Positions 12,193 through 24,200 of a DNA stretch of 64,000 nt are shown piece after piece. The stretch lies in contig JBHGNT010000011.1 in the NCBI GenBank assembly GCA_043228905.1, positions 9,672,001-9,736,000 on the forward strand. The letters are read 5' to 3'. The translations under genes and the position numbers were made by a program. The DNA is from Azolla caroliniana. Lineage: Eukaryota; Plantae; Polypodiophyta. The number at the start of each line of letters is the position of its first letter. Position 1 is the first letter of the stretch. The notes under the pieces were generated by a model, which saw only the letters and a program-made list of their open reading frames with translations, did not search any database and had not been told where the DNA came from.

Positions 12193-15100
12193 AAATGGCT
12201 AAAGCAACACGGGCTCGAGGGCTTCTTGACCATTATGGAGGTACTGCCACACAAAGAAGCCGACAAGGTGATCAAAGAAATCGACACAGAGGTCATAACG
12301 GATGAGGCGATCCGTGCGTTAACAGGCCTTCCAGAGGGAGGCATATTCACGATTGACAATCCGACCTCGGAGCAACTCATCAAGTATTTTGGTGAGTACT
12401 CCCTAGCCAGCAAGGGCTACCGGACACAGGGCGGCGGAGATATGTTGTTCCGCGAGATTGCTTGTGTGCTCCACGAATACGGCCATGTGTACCCCAGACC
12501 CCCTGTCATGCCGCAGAACCGGGCAGGGATGATCATCGTCACCTTTGAAGGGATCAAGGTGGATTGCCCGATATTGATCGCAGACGGTTTGTGTGCGGTG
12601 ATCGAGATTGTCAGAGGAAAAGACGACAAAGAAGGCCGAGAAGGACGAAGGATATGGCACGCAGTAACGCAGTGGCTCACCTTGCTTGTGCCACCCGTCC
12701 AGCCCGTCCAGCCCAAGAAGCGGGGAAGAGTGGCGGACGGCACCCCAAAGACAGCTTCCAAAAGACAATAGTTGTTGGCCTCTAAGGCCACTAAGGGGAA
12801 GGCAGCGGACGCAGAACAGGCGGGAAAGGAGAGCGCCAGCCGGAAGCGGCCAATGGATGCGCAGGAGGAACCACCGGTACGGCCCGTAAAGGTTACACTC
12901 CGCCGACCGGTGAATAGAGAAGTGGAGCCCTTGGCGGCAAAACTGAATGCCGGGACTCAGGAAGAGGAAATAAAGGAGGAGCCTACGGAGCACCTCCAGC
13001 GACGATCGTCGGCAAGGACCGTTGAGGCAGCCGAGAAACTTTCGGACCTCAGACGGAGGGAACACCGGCTCCCCATACTGAGACTCCCACGCCAAGGGAG
13101 GAACCGGAACCGGTGCGCATGGCACCGGAACCAGAAGCCCCTGCACCACCGGCAACACCGGCAAGTCCCATCCCGCCAGAGCCGGAAAGGTCAATACAGC
13201 CTCCCTCAGTCAACCAAGAAGAAGCGCAAGGGGAACCAGGACAACAGGGTGGTCCACGGGCAGAAACGGAATTGCAACTCGGCGCAATCAGGCGGGACCA
13301 CCCATCTACAAGCGAGCCCATCTGTCAAACCTCCGTGCAAGCACAACAACAATGCACCGGTAGCCTGTGGCTCCGGTGGATAGGCGAACAGATTATCGGA
13401 GCAGTGGGGTATATTGAGGCGGAAGAAAGAGCGCAAAGCGAACGGTTGCTCGTCACAACCGAACAACTAGAGACGGCCCGGTCCAGAATCTGGTGCCTTG
13501 AAAAAGACTTGGATCAGGTCACGGCAGAGATGGCCAAAATGGCCTTAACGGCAACACAGATCCAATCACCGGTGACTCCGGTAAGTGTACAGAATAAAGA
13601 AACAGGTCAACTTGTACATACCAATAAGACCCCGGCAACGGAAATTGTTCTAGAGAGAGATGCAGTGCAAGCCCAGGAGCTTGCGGAATTGAGAGATGAA
13701 CTTGCCGCACAAGAAGCGGTAAGGAGCTGGGAACGAGAATTGAAGACAGCGGCCGAAGCAGAATTAAAGAAGACTGCTAAGAACCTCCGCCGGGCAGAGG
13801 AGAGCCTCCGGAAAGGCCATCAAGCGTACGACCGGCTAAGGGAGGAAAAAGACAAAGTGTTGCAGGAAAAGGACAAGCTGCGGAAGACGGCGGAAACGGA
13901 AATTGAACGGCTAAAGGAAGAGCTCCGCCAGCAGAAGGACCACGAGGACCGGGCCCGTCGACAGATCAACGCACGGGTCAAGCAAAAGACAGATGATTTT
14001 GAGCACCTGCACCGGGACTACAAACGGCTGGAAATGGAGCATAAGGAACGGATGGCCGAACTCCAGTAGGAAGTTGATCGGGCCGCGACGGCGATCACCG
14101 ACGAACTTGCGGAAAATACAAGACCGTTGGACGAGGCGGAGAAGGTCCGAATGGAGCTCCAGAGGCAGCAACAGGAAGAAAAGGAGAGAGCATCAACGGT
14201 ATTGCAGAAATTAGAAAGCACATATCAAAGGCAATTGACACATTACAAGGAGCAAGCGGAAGACAACATCAAAATCATCAAGCAATTGAAGGAGGAACGG
14301 CAAGCGGCGGAGATCAAATCGCAATTGGGAACGGGCCGGATTCAGTGCATCCTCCGGGCATGGCTGAATCAGACAAAACGCTTGATTGACGAAAGCTTCG
14401 TAAGATGGTGGACAAAGTGGGCACAAAATGCGGTGGAACTCCAATTGCTACGGGCAGACGTGGCAAACCGGGGAAGGAAGGAGATGATTGTTACACGTTG
14501 ACTTCCGAGGACTTCACTGCCATACCAGACGAGCTGGCCAACGACTTCCAAGTCCTGGCGGATGAACAGCTGGCGCAGGTCCTGCAACTCGTAGCTCAGC
14601 TAGACGATGATAGGCTGGACGCTCAAATCCAGTTTAAAAGCTACGAGCGGTCCCGGGTTCGGGAAGAAAAAGCACAGGAAGCGGCAACGGTTAACCTTAG
14701 TGATGAGGACCCGTCGCCGGCCGAGGGCCAGGCCAGAACCAGTCAACCGGAGACCACTATGACGGAGGGAGCAACGACGGAGACGCCGGTGTCAGAACAA
14801 CAAACCGAGGAGCAGCCGCAACAGCCACCAAAGGACCAGTCGCAACAGCCATCAACGGAGCAGCAACAGCAGCAACCACAACCACAACAACAACAACAAC
14901 CAATTCCAGATGAACCAGAATGAAAGGGGATATTTTAGTCTCACTTTTGTAAACGGTCTTCCCTCCTTGTGCTATAAAAGGAGAGGGAAGGCACCATTGT
15001 GGGGGTTGCCTATTTTGAGTATGCGAGGTATACGACATAGGTCGAGCGTTAGGGTTAGGGTTTCTTTGTCTTTTTCTTCATCTTCGTCGGTTAGGGTTTC

Positions 15101-15335
15101 AAGTAGTCGTTTGGTGCGGCCTTCGCGGCCACCATTTTGTAATCGTTCATTTCGTTTTAATACATCTTGTTGATCATCTTGTCTCCATCTTCCTCTTGTT
15201 CGATCTAATCTCTTGTTCATTCTTCTTCTTCTTCTTGAGCAAACCTTCCATTCCATGTCCGATTCCTTCTCCTCTACTCCTTATTCCAAGACCCCCGTGG
15301 TCCCGCCCTTCTCCACGCATGCATGTAGCAACGCG

Positions 15336-16392
15336 ATAACGCTTCCCACGTCGGATTTTGTTGTTGTAGCCCGTGGATACTTGCTTGAAGCCCGTCGGCA
15401 GCCACCCGGTTGAAGGATGTCACTTGTAGTCCTACCGAAATCCCGCGTCGTAGCATTTCCGCCTTGTAGTCCCGAAGATAGTGTGATACATCCTTTCCGT
15501 TGAATTGCCTGATCCGTTGCACGAGCCGCTCTACTGCCACTGCTATCTCCGACATTGCACGTTGTTCTTGAAGCATCCGCTCGAACATCATCATCATCAT
15601 GTTGTTAGCCTCCAATTGATTTTCCATCTCCTTGCCACCCGTTTTCACGTTGGGTTCACCAAATGTGTCGTGCCTTCCGGCTCCGGATCGTTGCGTGAGT
15701 CGGGTGGGAACCACTGAGGTTTTGGACTAGGAGAAAAGAAAATTCTAAGGCAATTAAGAATATGAAATATATTGTAAGAAAGAAAGATATGAAAAATTCG
15801 TGAATCCCACGAGTATAGTGTATTAGTGAGTACTCAGATTAAGAGAGAAAAATAGTTAGCAAATTCATGAATCCCACGAATATATTATATTAATCAACCC
15901 TTGTAAAATAATCAACCTTATACATATTTCTCTCCTCCTTATATAAGGATGGGAGAGGCTAAGCATGGCTTCCTCTATTTCCTAAAAGTGTTCATGCACA
16001 CTAAATATGCATGTGATGTTTTTTTTCAACCTTGCTTTTATTTGTTAAATATAGTGCTCATGCACGCTAGATGTGCATGAGTAATATTTTATTGGTTTAC
16101 ATTTTTCTGATAAATAAAGTATTCACGTACTCTAAAAATGCATGACTTACCTTTTTAATAAAGGTAAGCGTAAATAAAGGTCTTATAGGTATTAAATCTA
16201 TATTTAAAACACTAAGGATAAGTTAGTACAATGGTAAGGTTGGGGTTTGTCTATGTGGAGGTATAGGGTTTGAATCTTGCCCTATGCACATAATAAATAT
16301 TTTTTTAATATTTTATTTTATTTATTATATGTACTTTAAATCGGATATAGTATTTTACATATTTCACGTAGTGTGTGATTCACACTATGACA
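15336..16392 (-). mobile_element. 5' fragment (LTR, tRNA-Trp PBS, gag start) of a second Gypsy family, opposite strand
   Basis: PBS tggtgaacccaacgtgaa on minus at 15644-15661. The gag piece RQFNGKDVSHYLRDY..NPTWEA is similar to the gag at ~1885-2060. Putative LTR ~15666-16392 with TGTC..GACA ends. Confidence 0.7.
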
Positions 16393-18090
16393 ACGTTGCA
16401 ACCGATGAGGAGATAGTTGCCAACGTGGCTGAAAGTAAGAGTCCTGATATCACATCTCCTTCAGATCAGCTCCACCCTATTCTTTTGGAAGATGGTAATG
16501 AATTAGGCAATGATGTGAAAAGCCATGAAATATTGGAAACAACATGTAAATCTGAGGTTCACAACAATAGTGTTTTTTAACACTTGATGCAACATTTCTT
16601 CGAATCCCAAAACCTTGATTCCACCCCACTAAGCCCAACTACTGATAATGTCCAAATAGATCCCACTGTACTGGAAAAGCTAGTGCAAGACGCGGCTGAC
16701 CTGCAAGCCGCTGCTAAGGTGATGGAAAGGTTGTCGGAGGAGGACACACTTGCACAATGGGTCAAAGAAGCAAGGCTAAATGGGAAACCAGCTAGAAAAA
16801 GGCTGAAGAAGGGGCCACGATCGGGGACAAGACCAGTTACTCGGTCAAGGGGCTCTTGAATTGGAGCGAAATACTTATTAGTGGGATATGATTGTTAGCG
16901 ATTTTCCTAGGGTTTAATGAAGTTTTACTATGATCTATTTGGACAAGTAAAACCTCATATTGGTTGTTGCTTGATCCACATTATGTAATGGAACTCTATG
17001 ATGTTTCTCCAAGATAATTATGTTCATGTTTCTATGATGGAAAATATTTCATGTTCATTATGTTGTTTTGTGAGACTATTAGTTACTTTGTGAGTGTGAA
17101 TATGTTGGTGTTTTCTGATGTTGCAGAGTCTAAAGGATTTGAATCTATTGCTCCTAAGGCCGATGGCAATGTAGAAATTGTTGATGTTGTTGAGTGTTTA
17201 GAGGGCCACATCGTGAAAGTAGATGTAGCAACTGACACAAATGATCTGGTCACTCAAGTTGATCAAGCATGTTGCACAGATGATCTGATTTTGCAGGTAG
17301 ATGCAGCATGTGATACTAGTGGGCTGATATCAACCAGATCAGTATCTACATGCACTGAGCCAATGACTAAGTCGACAACACAAGAGCACCAGAATGTGAA
17401 GCCAAGCCCAACACAGTCGATCAGGGGTTTGAAGAGGAAAAGGACACCAATTGTCCCGACAAAACCTGAGTTGATTAACCTTGATCGTGTGCTACCAGTA
17501 ATTGGTGTAACAGAGGCTCAGTTACAAGAATGGAAACCTAAACCATTAGAAGTCGAAAGAAGAGCCTTGATCTTGGAGCTTGATAAAGTCCTGATGAGTG
17601 TGCGATATATGACACCAAGGAGGGACGCAAATCAATTTCTAGAGTGGGTTGTGCAATATTTTGATTTGTTTATTTGGAGCGAAAAACCACGTACAGATGT
17701 GTGGAAGTGTGTAGAAAGATTCTTCCGAAGTGGCGACAACATTTCAAGGGTCAATGGACACGAGAGAATTGTGAGCAGAATGATGTTGCAAGATTCAAAA
17801 GACTTTCTAATTTTTGGGACACTTGGCCAGATTATAATGCCAACAATACGTTGATTCTGGATACAAAACATTTCCGACATTACTTCAACATTCGCAGATG
17901 TTGTCTCATTCTACCCGATGAAATGCCTTAACACTATTTGGTGAAAACATTGAGCTACCAACTAGCTACATGGTTGTAGACTCCATACCGTGCTCGGTAT
18001 GCAGATCATATATGTAGAGAAGTTCCACTAACCAGCAAGAGGTTAGCTGTTTATAGACAATTTCAAGACACTAGCAATGGGATGTTATAA
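16393..18090 (+). pseudogene. FCP1/SCP/NIF-like (HAD) phosphatase-domain gene remnant, probably transposon cargo
   Basis: RALILELDKVL (DxDxT-like motif), RRDANQFLEWVVQYFDLFIWS, then after a frameshift near 17725 WTRENC..FKRLSNFW..YNANNTLILD. Acceptor ttgcag at 17126; premature stops present. Confidence 0.65.
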
Positions 18091-18475
18091 ATATGTAATT
18101 TGCTACCACTTAATCAATGAAGAATTAAATTTCTTGTTTTGAGTAACTTATCTATTGTGTAATTTTAAGAGTATGTTCAGGATAGCTAATTTCATGATAG
18201 TGTTTTTTCTTAAAATTATGCAAACTATTTTAACTTGTACATGGTTCACTTGAGTAAATTTGTATCTCAAAAAGAAGAACCCTAAACGATATTATTAAAC
18301 TGTATATCAGAAAGAAGACTGTATATAAAAATGACACATGATTTTGTTGAGAAAGAAGCACAAAAAGTAGACTGTATATGAAAAAAAAAACTCCCAAACA
18401 GGTCCATTAAACTGTTTATTTGCAATACATGTGCTTTGTTTATTTTACAAGAAAATTGGTAATTGCTACTTGTAG

Positions 18476-21400
18476 CTACAAATTCCATGGCATAATGTTG
18501 TAAATACTTTCATACACATTAGCACTAACTGTGTATAAACCTGAGCAACTATTGTATTGCGACATTGGGACATTGATGCACCTGACCAAATGAGAGTACA
18601 TGTACGCCACTGGTTTGTCTTCTAATAGCCTATACACATAATCGTAATCATCTAGTCTTGCATAAAAAAAACCTTCGATGTAGAATGTCCCGGTAGATAC
18701 AACATTTCCCCAACCATCTAATATATTCTACGTTGCACACTGTTTACTAACCGTGCACTTCAATATATAGAAATTAGCACCCTCTGAATTGCCTTCTTTT
18801 GCATTTACAACAAAATTATCCCCAACATTTAAGACATCACTCAAAGTATCTCCACATCCTTTATATGTGAAGTCAACATTCTTTTCTGTTTCCCCATCAA
18901 CTGCTTCCTTATCATTCAATGTATGATACTCCCAATTCTGAATATAATGCTTTGTTTAAACAATACCTCCAATTTCCTTGCAAACAATGGAAGCAAAAAC
19001 AAGTTAATTCTCTAACCGCAATACAATGACCATCCAACCTAGAATAACCGCGAACAACATGGAGAGATCGCAATTCGGGAATTCCTTGGCACTCCCAAGT
19101 CTTCTCCCTATTTACTTCATCTATCTTCACTTCCCAAAATTCACGTTTGATATCTCGAACCTGCAAGGAATAAACACCAGTTGCACTCGTTGACATATTA
19201 GCTCTTAAATATTCAACTACATGTGCTACACAATTCATCTGCACACCGTCTGCCTTTAGTTGTTCATGGGCAAGTGCCCTCTTTATAATAGCACCTGCAC
19301 TATCATGTTCACCTTTACCATGGCTAGACCCAAAAAAATTCCATCTCATCTCCAAACCTGTTATAGCAGGATACCTCCCCACAAAATAAAATGGACGTCT
19401 AGCCTTGAATTGTGATGCAGATCCATCAGACCAAACCCAATGTTGAGTAAGCTCCAAAAGTTTAACTAATAAGCATTGCCAATGTAAGTTAAAACAATGT
19501 TGGACGAACAAGGTGTCATGCTTCTTATCATCAGAAATAAAAACATGAATTACTTTTTTAACATCACCTGAAACCCGAAAATATGTTATGTGCACAAAAA
19601 TGGTTACCTGCGCTAAACACCAATGCATAGATTGAATTTCAATCTGATGCTTGAAAGTATAATTCTCTGCGAAATCTACTACTAAGACTACTACATCATT
19701 TGGAAAATCAGATATGCAAGTCTTAAACTGATGGGCTTGCCATGAATAAATGAAGTTGTGTTTAATGAACTTTCCTAGAGATACTACAAATAGAGACACC
19801 AAATCCCTTGGTTTAAGCGACTTCCTAACTAGATCCTTTCTTTTACACACCTTTCCTTCGAAATTGGTGTCAACTGACTCAAATAACTTGACAGAGATTA
19901 GTATTTCACTACTCAATTCATTTGGACACCACCTAAATCTACTAGGGCCACAATCTTGACATAAACCCATAACACATTTATGAGTGTGGAAGATGACCTC
20001 AGTTTTTGTCGGACACAATACTGAATCTAAAAGACAACTCATGGAAGAGATAACATGCTCAAATGATTTACAATGCTCATGCGGGCTCGATCGACAAATT
20101 GGGCACACACAAGTGCAAACTGCATTTGTTAGGGAGGCGCTATGGTGACATAGTAGATTAACAGAGTCCTTGAGAAAACCCATTTGTACATGGTAAATGC
20201 AACAACATGTGTATCGATCCTTCAAGCATCTCACAAAGTGTGGCTTAAGAGACTCGAATGTTCGTAGATGAACTTTGATATTTGGATGTATTTGCCTAAA
20301 CCTAATAAATAAATCAACCTGCGTAATAAAATGGACATACTGATTAGCTCTATGGTTAAGTGGTGGCTAATTAGCTACTACCATAGTTTAGTACAATAGC
20401 TAATTAGCTAAGTGGTAGCTAATTAGCTACTACAATAGTTTAGTACATTAGCTAATTAGCTAAGTGGTAGCTAATTAGCTACTATCCAACTTTAGTTGAG
20501 TAGCTAATTAGCTAACTGGTAGCTAATTAGCTACTACCATAGTTTAATACATTAGCTAACTGGTAGCTAATTAGCTACTACCATACTTCATCTGAGTAGC
20601 TAAATAGCTAAGTGGTAGCTAATTAGCTACTTCCATACTTTAGCCAATTTTGGTAGCTAATTAGCTATTGTTATAGGCAACTAATTAGGTATTGTGGTAG
20701 GTAAATAGCTATGAATGGTAGCTAATTAGTTATTCTAGTAGCTAATTAGTTATTCTAGTAGCTAAATAACTATGTTCGATATACTTAGGGAGCTAATTAG
20801 CTATTTTGGTAGCTAGTTAGCTATGGGCATATTCTGAGGTAGGTAATTAGCTATTCGGGTATGGTCATATTCAGAGGTAGCTAATAAGCTAACTAACTAA
20901 GCTCAAAAGTCAAAACAAATGTTGAGATAAATGTAAATACCTGAGGTACATCAAGAAGATGAATGGGATGCTCCTTGTATTGACTCCTTCCAACACGTTT
21001 CCTGCATAAATCCTTCTTATTGGGTGAAACCCTACTCTTATTTGTCCAAAATATTGTGATTATATCCTTGATTTCTGATGTTATGGGTGTCATTGGCTTA
21101 CATCTTGTTGTTAGCTTTAGCAGACTAGTTCCTTCACCCGAGGAAACTATTTGGTTCAATGTATTGTACACACTTTTTCTACAAACACCAATTACCTTAG
21201 ATAGCACATTGATGTTAATATCGTCAACATCACTATTAAGTAACATCATTAGACTAGACCTTTTTAAGACAAGCTCATCTTCTGACCTGCTCATGGATAC
21301 GAAACTATTACGGAGATTATTTACTAGTACAGATGTTATGTTTGCATTAAGACCATCACAATCAACTAACTCCTTTATCAATGAATCATTTAATATTCCA

Positions 21401-21699
21401 TAAAGTACTACCTTCTTGTCTTCATTGCTGATGTGCTTGGTTTGAAAATTGAAATAGTCTACAACCTTTCTCTCTATTATAGTAGTCTCATTACTTCCAT
21501 TCTCAGTGATATTTACACCTATATCCCAACCAATACTATCTTTACCTTTAGTGAGTGTGGCTTTCATATTCTTCAACAATTGACGATGTTTTTTTTTTTC
21601 TGCCCAATATTTTCGTATCGCTTGTTGTGTCCTGATAGCGTCATCCCTATCCTGATGATCATTGAGGGGTAATTCTAAACACCCTCCTTCCCCTTCCAT
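18476..21699 (-). pseudogene. DDD transposase, probably Sola2-type; 2 exons (21699-20941, 20318-18476); frameshift ~18947 and stop at 18728
   Basis: Motifs SRVSPNKKD, LKPHFVR..TCCCIYH, VVDFAENY..EIQSMHW, HD, WSDGSASQFK, WNFFGSSHGKGEHDSAGAIIKR and CFCFHC. A phase-0 GT..AG intron at 20319-20940 joins the two ORFs in frame. Confidence 0.8.
20340..20900. repeat. Array of palindromic TAGCTAATTAGCTA motifs filling the transposase intron
   Basis: Many perfect or degenerate copies of the self-complementary 14-mer, usually preceded by gtgg or tgg. Confidence 0.92.
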
Positions 21700-21859
21700 T
21701 TGGCTTGACGGGTTTAAACCCTAATTTTCCCAAAAAAAAGACACGTATTAAAGATGGCTATGGGCAACAACTACACACAAAAATATTCCACAATACACAA
21801 GATTATACAAAACAATACACAAGATAATCAATAGACAAAATAGTTATTCAAATCCAAGA

Positions 21860-22800
21860 CCGAACAATGGTGGTAATCTAGGGCTGAATAATGGCGGCAA
21901 TTGAGTGTAGAATGGTGGTAGTGGAGGAGTGAACTCCGTTTGATCGAACAGTTTTGACAATCCAGGACTGAACAATGGCGGCAACTGAGTGTAGAATGAT
22001 GGCAATGGAGGAGTGAATTCCGTTGGATCGAACTGTGGCAAATGGTGCTTGGAACGCACAGTGATGATAACTGAGAGTAGAATGGCAGCAGTGGAGAAGG
22101 AGTGAATTCCTTCGGATCGAAAAGAGGCAGCAATACACCACCGAACAATAGCGGCAACTAAGTGCAGAATGATGGCAATGGATGAGTGAACTCCGTCAAA
22201 TCGAACAGTGGCAAATGATGCTTGGAACGCATAGTGACGACAACCTAGAGTACAATGGCGGCAATGGAGAAGGAGTGAACTCCCTCAGATCGAAAAGTGG
22301 CAGCAATACACGACCGAACAGTAGCGGCAACTAAATGTAGAATGATGGCAATGGATGACTGAACTCCGTCAAATCGAAAAGTGGCAACAATCTAGGACCG
22401 GTCACCGAATAGTAGCGGCAACTGAGTGTAGAATGATGGCAATGGAGGAGTGAACTCCGTCAGATCGAACAGTGGTAGATGATGCTTGGAACGCACAGTG
22501 ATGGCAACTGAGAGTAGAATGGCAGTAGTGGAGAAGGAGTTAACTCCGTCGGATCGAAAAGTGGCAGCAATATATGACCTTCACAGTAGTGGTAATTGAG
22601 TGTACAGTGGCGGCAATGGAGGAGTGAACTTGGCAGATGATGCTTGGATTGAACAGTGGCGACAACTGAGTGTAGAATGGTGGCAATGGAGGAGTGAACT
22701 TCGTCGAATCGAACAGTGGCAGATGATACTTGAACCACTCAGTGTTGGTAACTGAGTGTAGAATGGCGGCAATGGAGGAGTGGACTCAATAGGGTTTAGC
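21860..22800. repeat. Minisatellite, ~84/87-bp units, ~11 copies, upstream of the transposase
   Basis: The core ggcaactgagtgtagaatgatggcaatggaggagtgaactccgtcggatcgaacagtggca is repeated, with alternating variants. Confidence 0.9.
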
Positions 22801-23052
22801 AACATTGGTAGTAATCTAAGCCAGAATACTCAAGCAAAGATGGCCTACGTGATGTGGCAAAGGATCATGCATAATGGACCTAGGAATTCGGTATATAATT
22901 TATGGTGCACATTTATGTTGCACATTTATGGTGCTCATTTATATAATTAAAACTCTCTACTATTTTCAATGGTAGCTTTTTACATAGCTAATTTATTAAT
23001 GGTAGCTTTTTGCAAAAATGACTATTTATCAATGGTAGCTTTTTGCATAGCT

Positions 23053-23092
23053 AATTAGCTATGTCAAGGACATAGCTAATTGTTTCCACTAG
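23053..23092 (+). other. 13-bp-stem hairpin followed by CTAG; candidate element terminus
   Basis: aattagctatgtc-aag-gacatagctaatt (23053-23081), then gtttcca and CTAG (23089-23092). Confidence 0.55.
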
Positions 23093-23319
23093 CATGCTTT
23101 CACCCATGAATGAATATGTATGAACGATCAATACAAATACCTAATCTATTATAAGATAGTTAATTTGGTAGATGATATCGTACTATAATTGTTACAAATA
23201 TTAAGAATCAATTAGATAGGCATATAGAGTTATAATCACATAGATGGATATATGAAAAACAAACTTCTATTACCTATGATAGTAGCTCACAATGGTAGTT
23301 CACCCATGCACTCACACAC

Positions 23320-24200
23320 ATATGGTCCAAGCGCCTTTGCAAAGATGTTCACAACATTTTTTTATGTCGGACAGTACTCAACCTCTACGGACTCATCATT
23401 TATTATCTCCTGCACGTAGTGATATTGAACCTCTATGTGTTTAGAACCTTTATGTTGACGATAGGTGATACTTGGCGTAGATAATTTCGCAAAGGTTGGC
23501 TCAGGTGATGACTAGGTCGTCAACATATACGAGACTGCATACCAGACTTTTCATGCTATTGACGTAATGTAGTATCAAGGGCACGCACTAAAGGTGCTCG
23601 ACCATCAGCTTCGTCAAGAACTAGTTGATGAGTCCAACTAGATAATTAAGATCCAGCCGCATGATTATTAAGTAGACGAGGCTTAATGGCCAAATGAACT
23701 AGGAGGTGTTCGATTAAACCCATACTTTTGTGAACATACCGGACACCTACCAATTTATTTGAACGTACGGGAGTTCAGCTTCTTGTTGTGAGCGTGGAAG
23801 ATAGATAGGGTTCTTCGCTAGGTAATTGTCACAGTAGATTGGCATAGGATAATCAACACAAATCCTGCAACATCTGTTTCAGCCATATGGCTTTGCACGT
23901 TGCGACATTCTCTCCGATGTATTCAAGTTCGATGCTCCACAATCTCATTGTCCACTACTTCTCGCTACTCCTTGCGATTGTCCCACTCCCAAGAGACAAC
24001 GAATATCCCGATGTCAATCAGCAATCGTCGGCCTTTTCGACCCAATCAACATCCGTATAGGCGACCAATTGTTCCGCTATGTCGGCTCCACCATATAGCA
24101 ACCCACGGTCCGTATCAAGTGCACGCACTAAAGGTGCTCGACCATCGACTTCATCAAGAACTGGTTGATGAGTCCAACTAGATAATTACCTACTCACCAG
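23320..24200 (-). mobile_element. Degraded Copia RT/RNase H fragments with a ~75-bp direct duplication
   Basis: Minus-strand remnants YVDDLVIT, SKHIEVQYHYVQE, AYTDVDW and KAIWLKQ. The duplicated segment lies at ~23574-23648 and ~24113-24188. Confidence 0.7.

Larger units (their letters stand above)
6503..14923 (+). pseudogene. Extra 3' ORF of the Gypsy element (6503-6540 joined to 12198-14923): globular N-terminus, long coiled coil, Q/P-rich tail
   Basis: Removing the Copia and one TSD gives in-frame MDPQTLSEAAKKWLKQHGLEGFLTIMEVLPH..., continuing through ORFs at 12226, 12772, 13113, 14127 and 14405. It has stops at ~12770 and ~14068 and two frameshifts. Confidence 0.8.
1464..15335 (+). mobile_element. 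Decayed Ty3/Gypsy LTR retrotransposon (non-chromovirus, Athila/Tat-like) with extra 3' ORF; both LTRs truncated; interrupted by Copia 6541-12192
   Basis: LTR-like end ..gtacgcaaCA at 1722, then PBS, gag, RT-RH-INT in Gypsy order with no chromodomain, a downstream extra ORF, and a TATA-bearing LTR-like segment after 14923. Outer boundaries are approximate. Confidence 0.85.

Noticed and set aside
13113-14501. Host myosin/SMC-like coiled-coil gene
   Set aside because: Intronless, disrupted, and continuous with the Gypsy extra ORF.
21860-22800. CRISPR-like array
   Set aside because: The inter-core segments are themselves related rather than unique spacers, no cas genes are present, and the context is eukaryotic.
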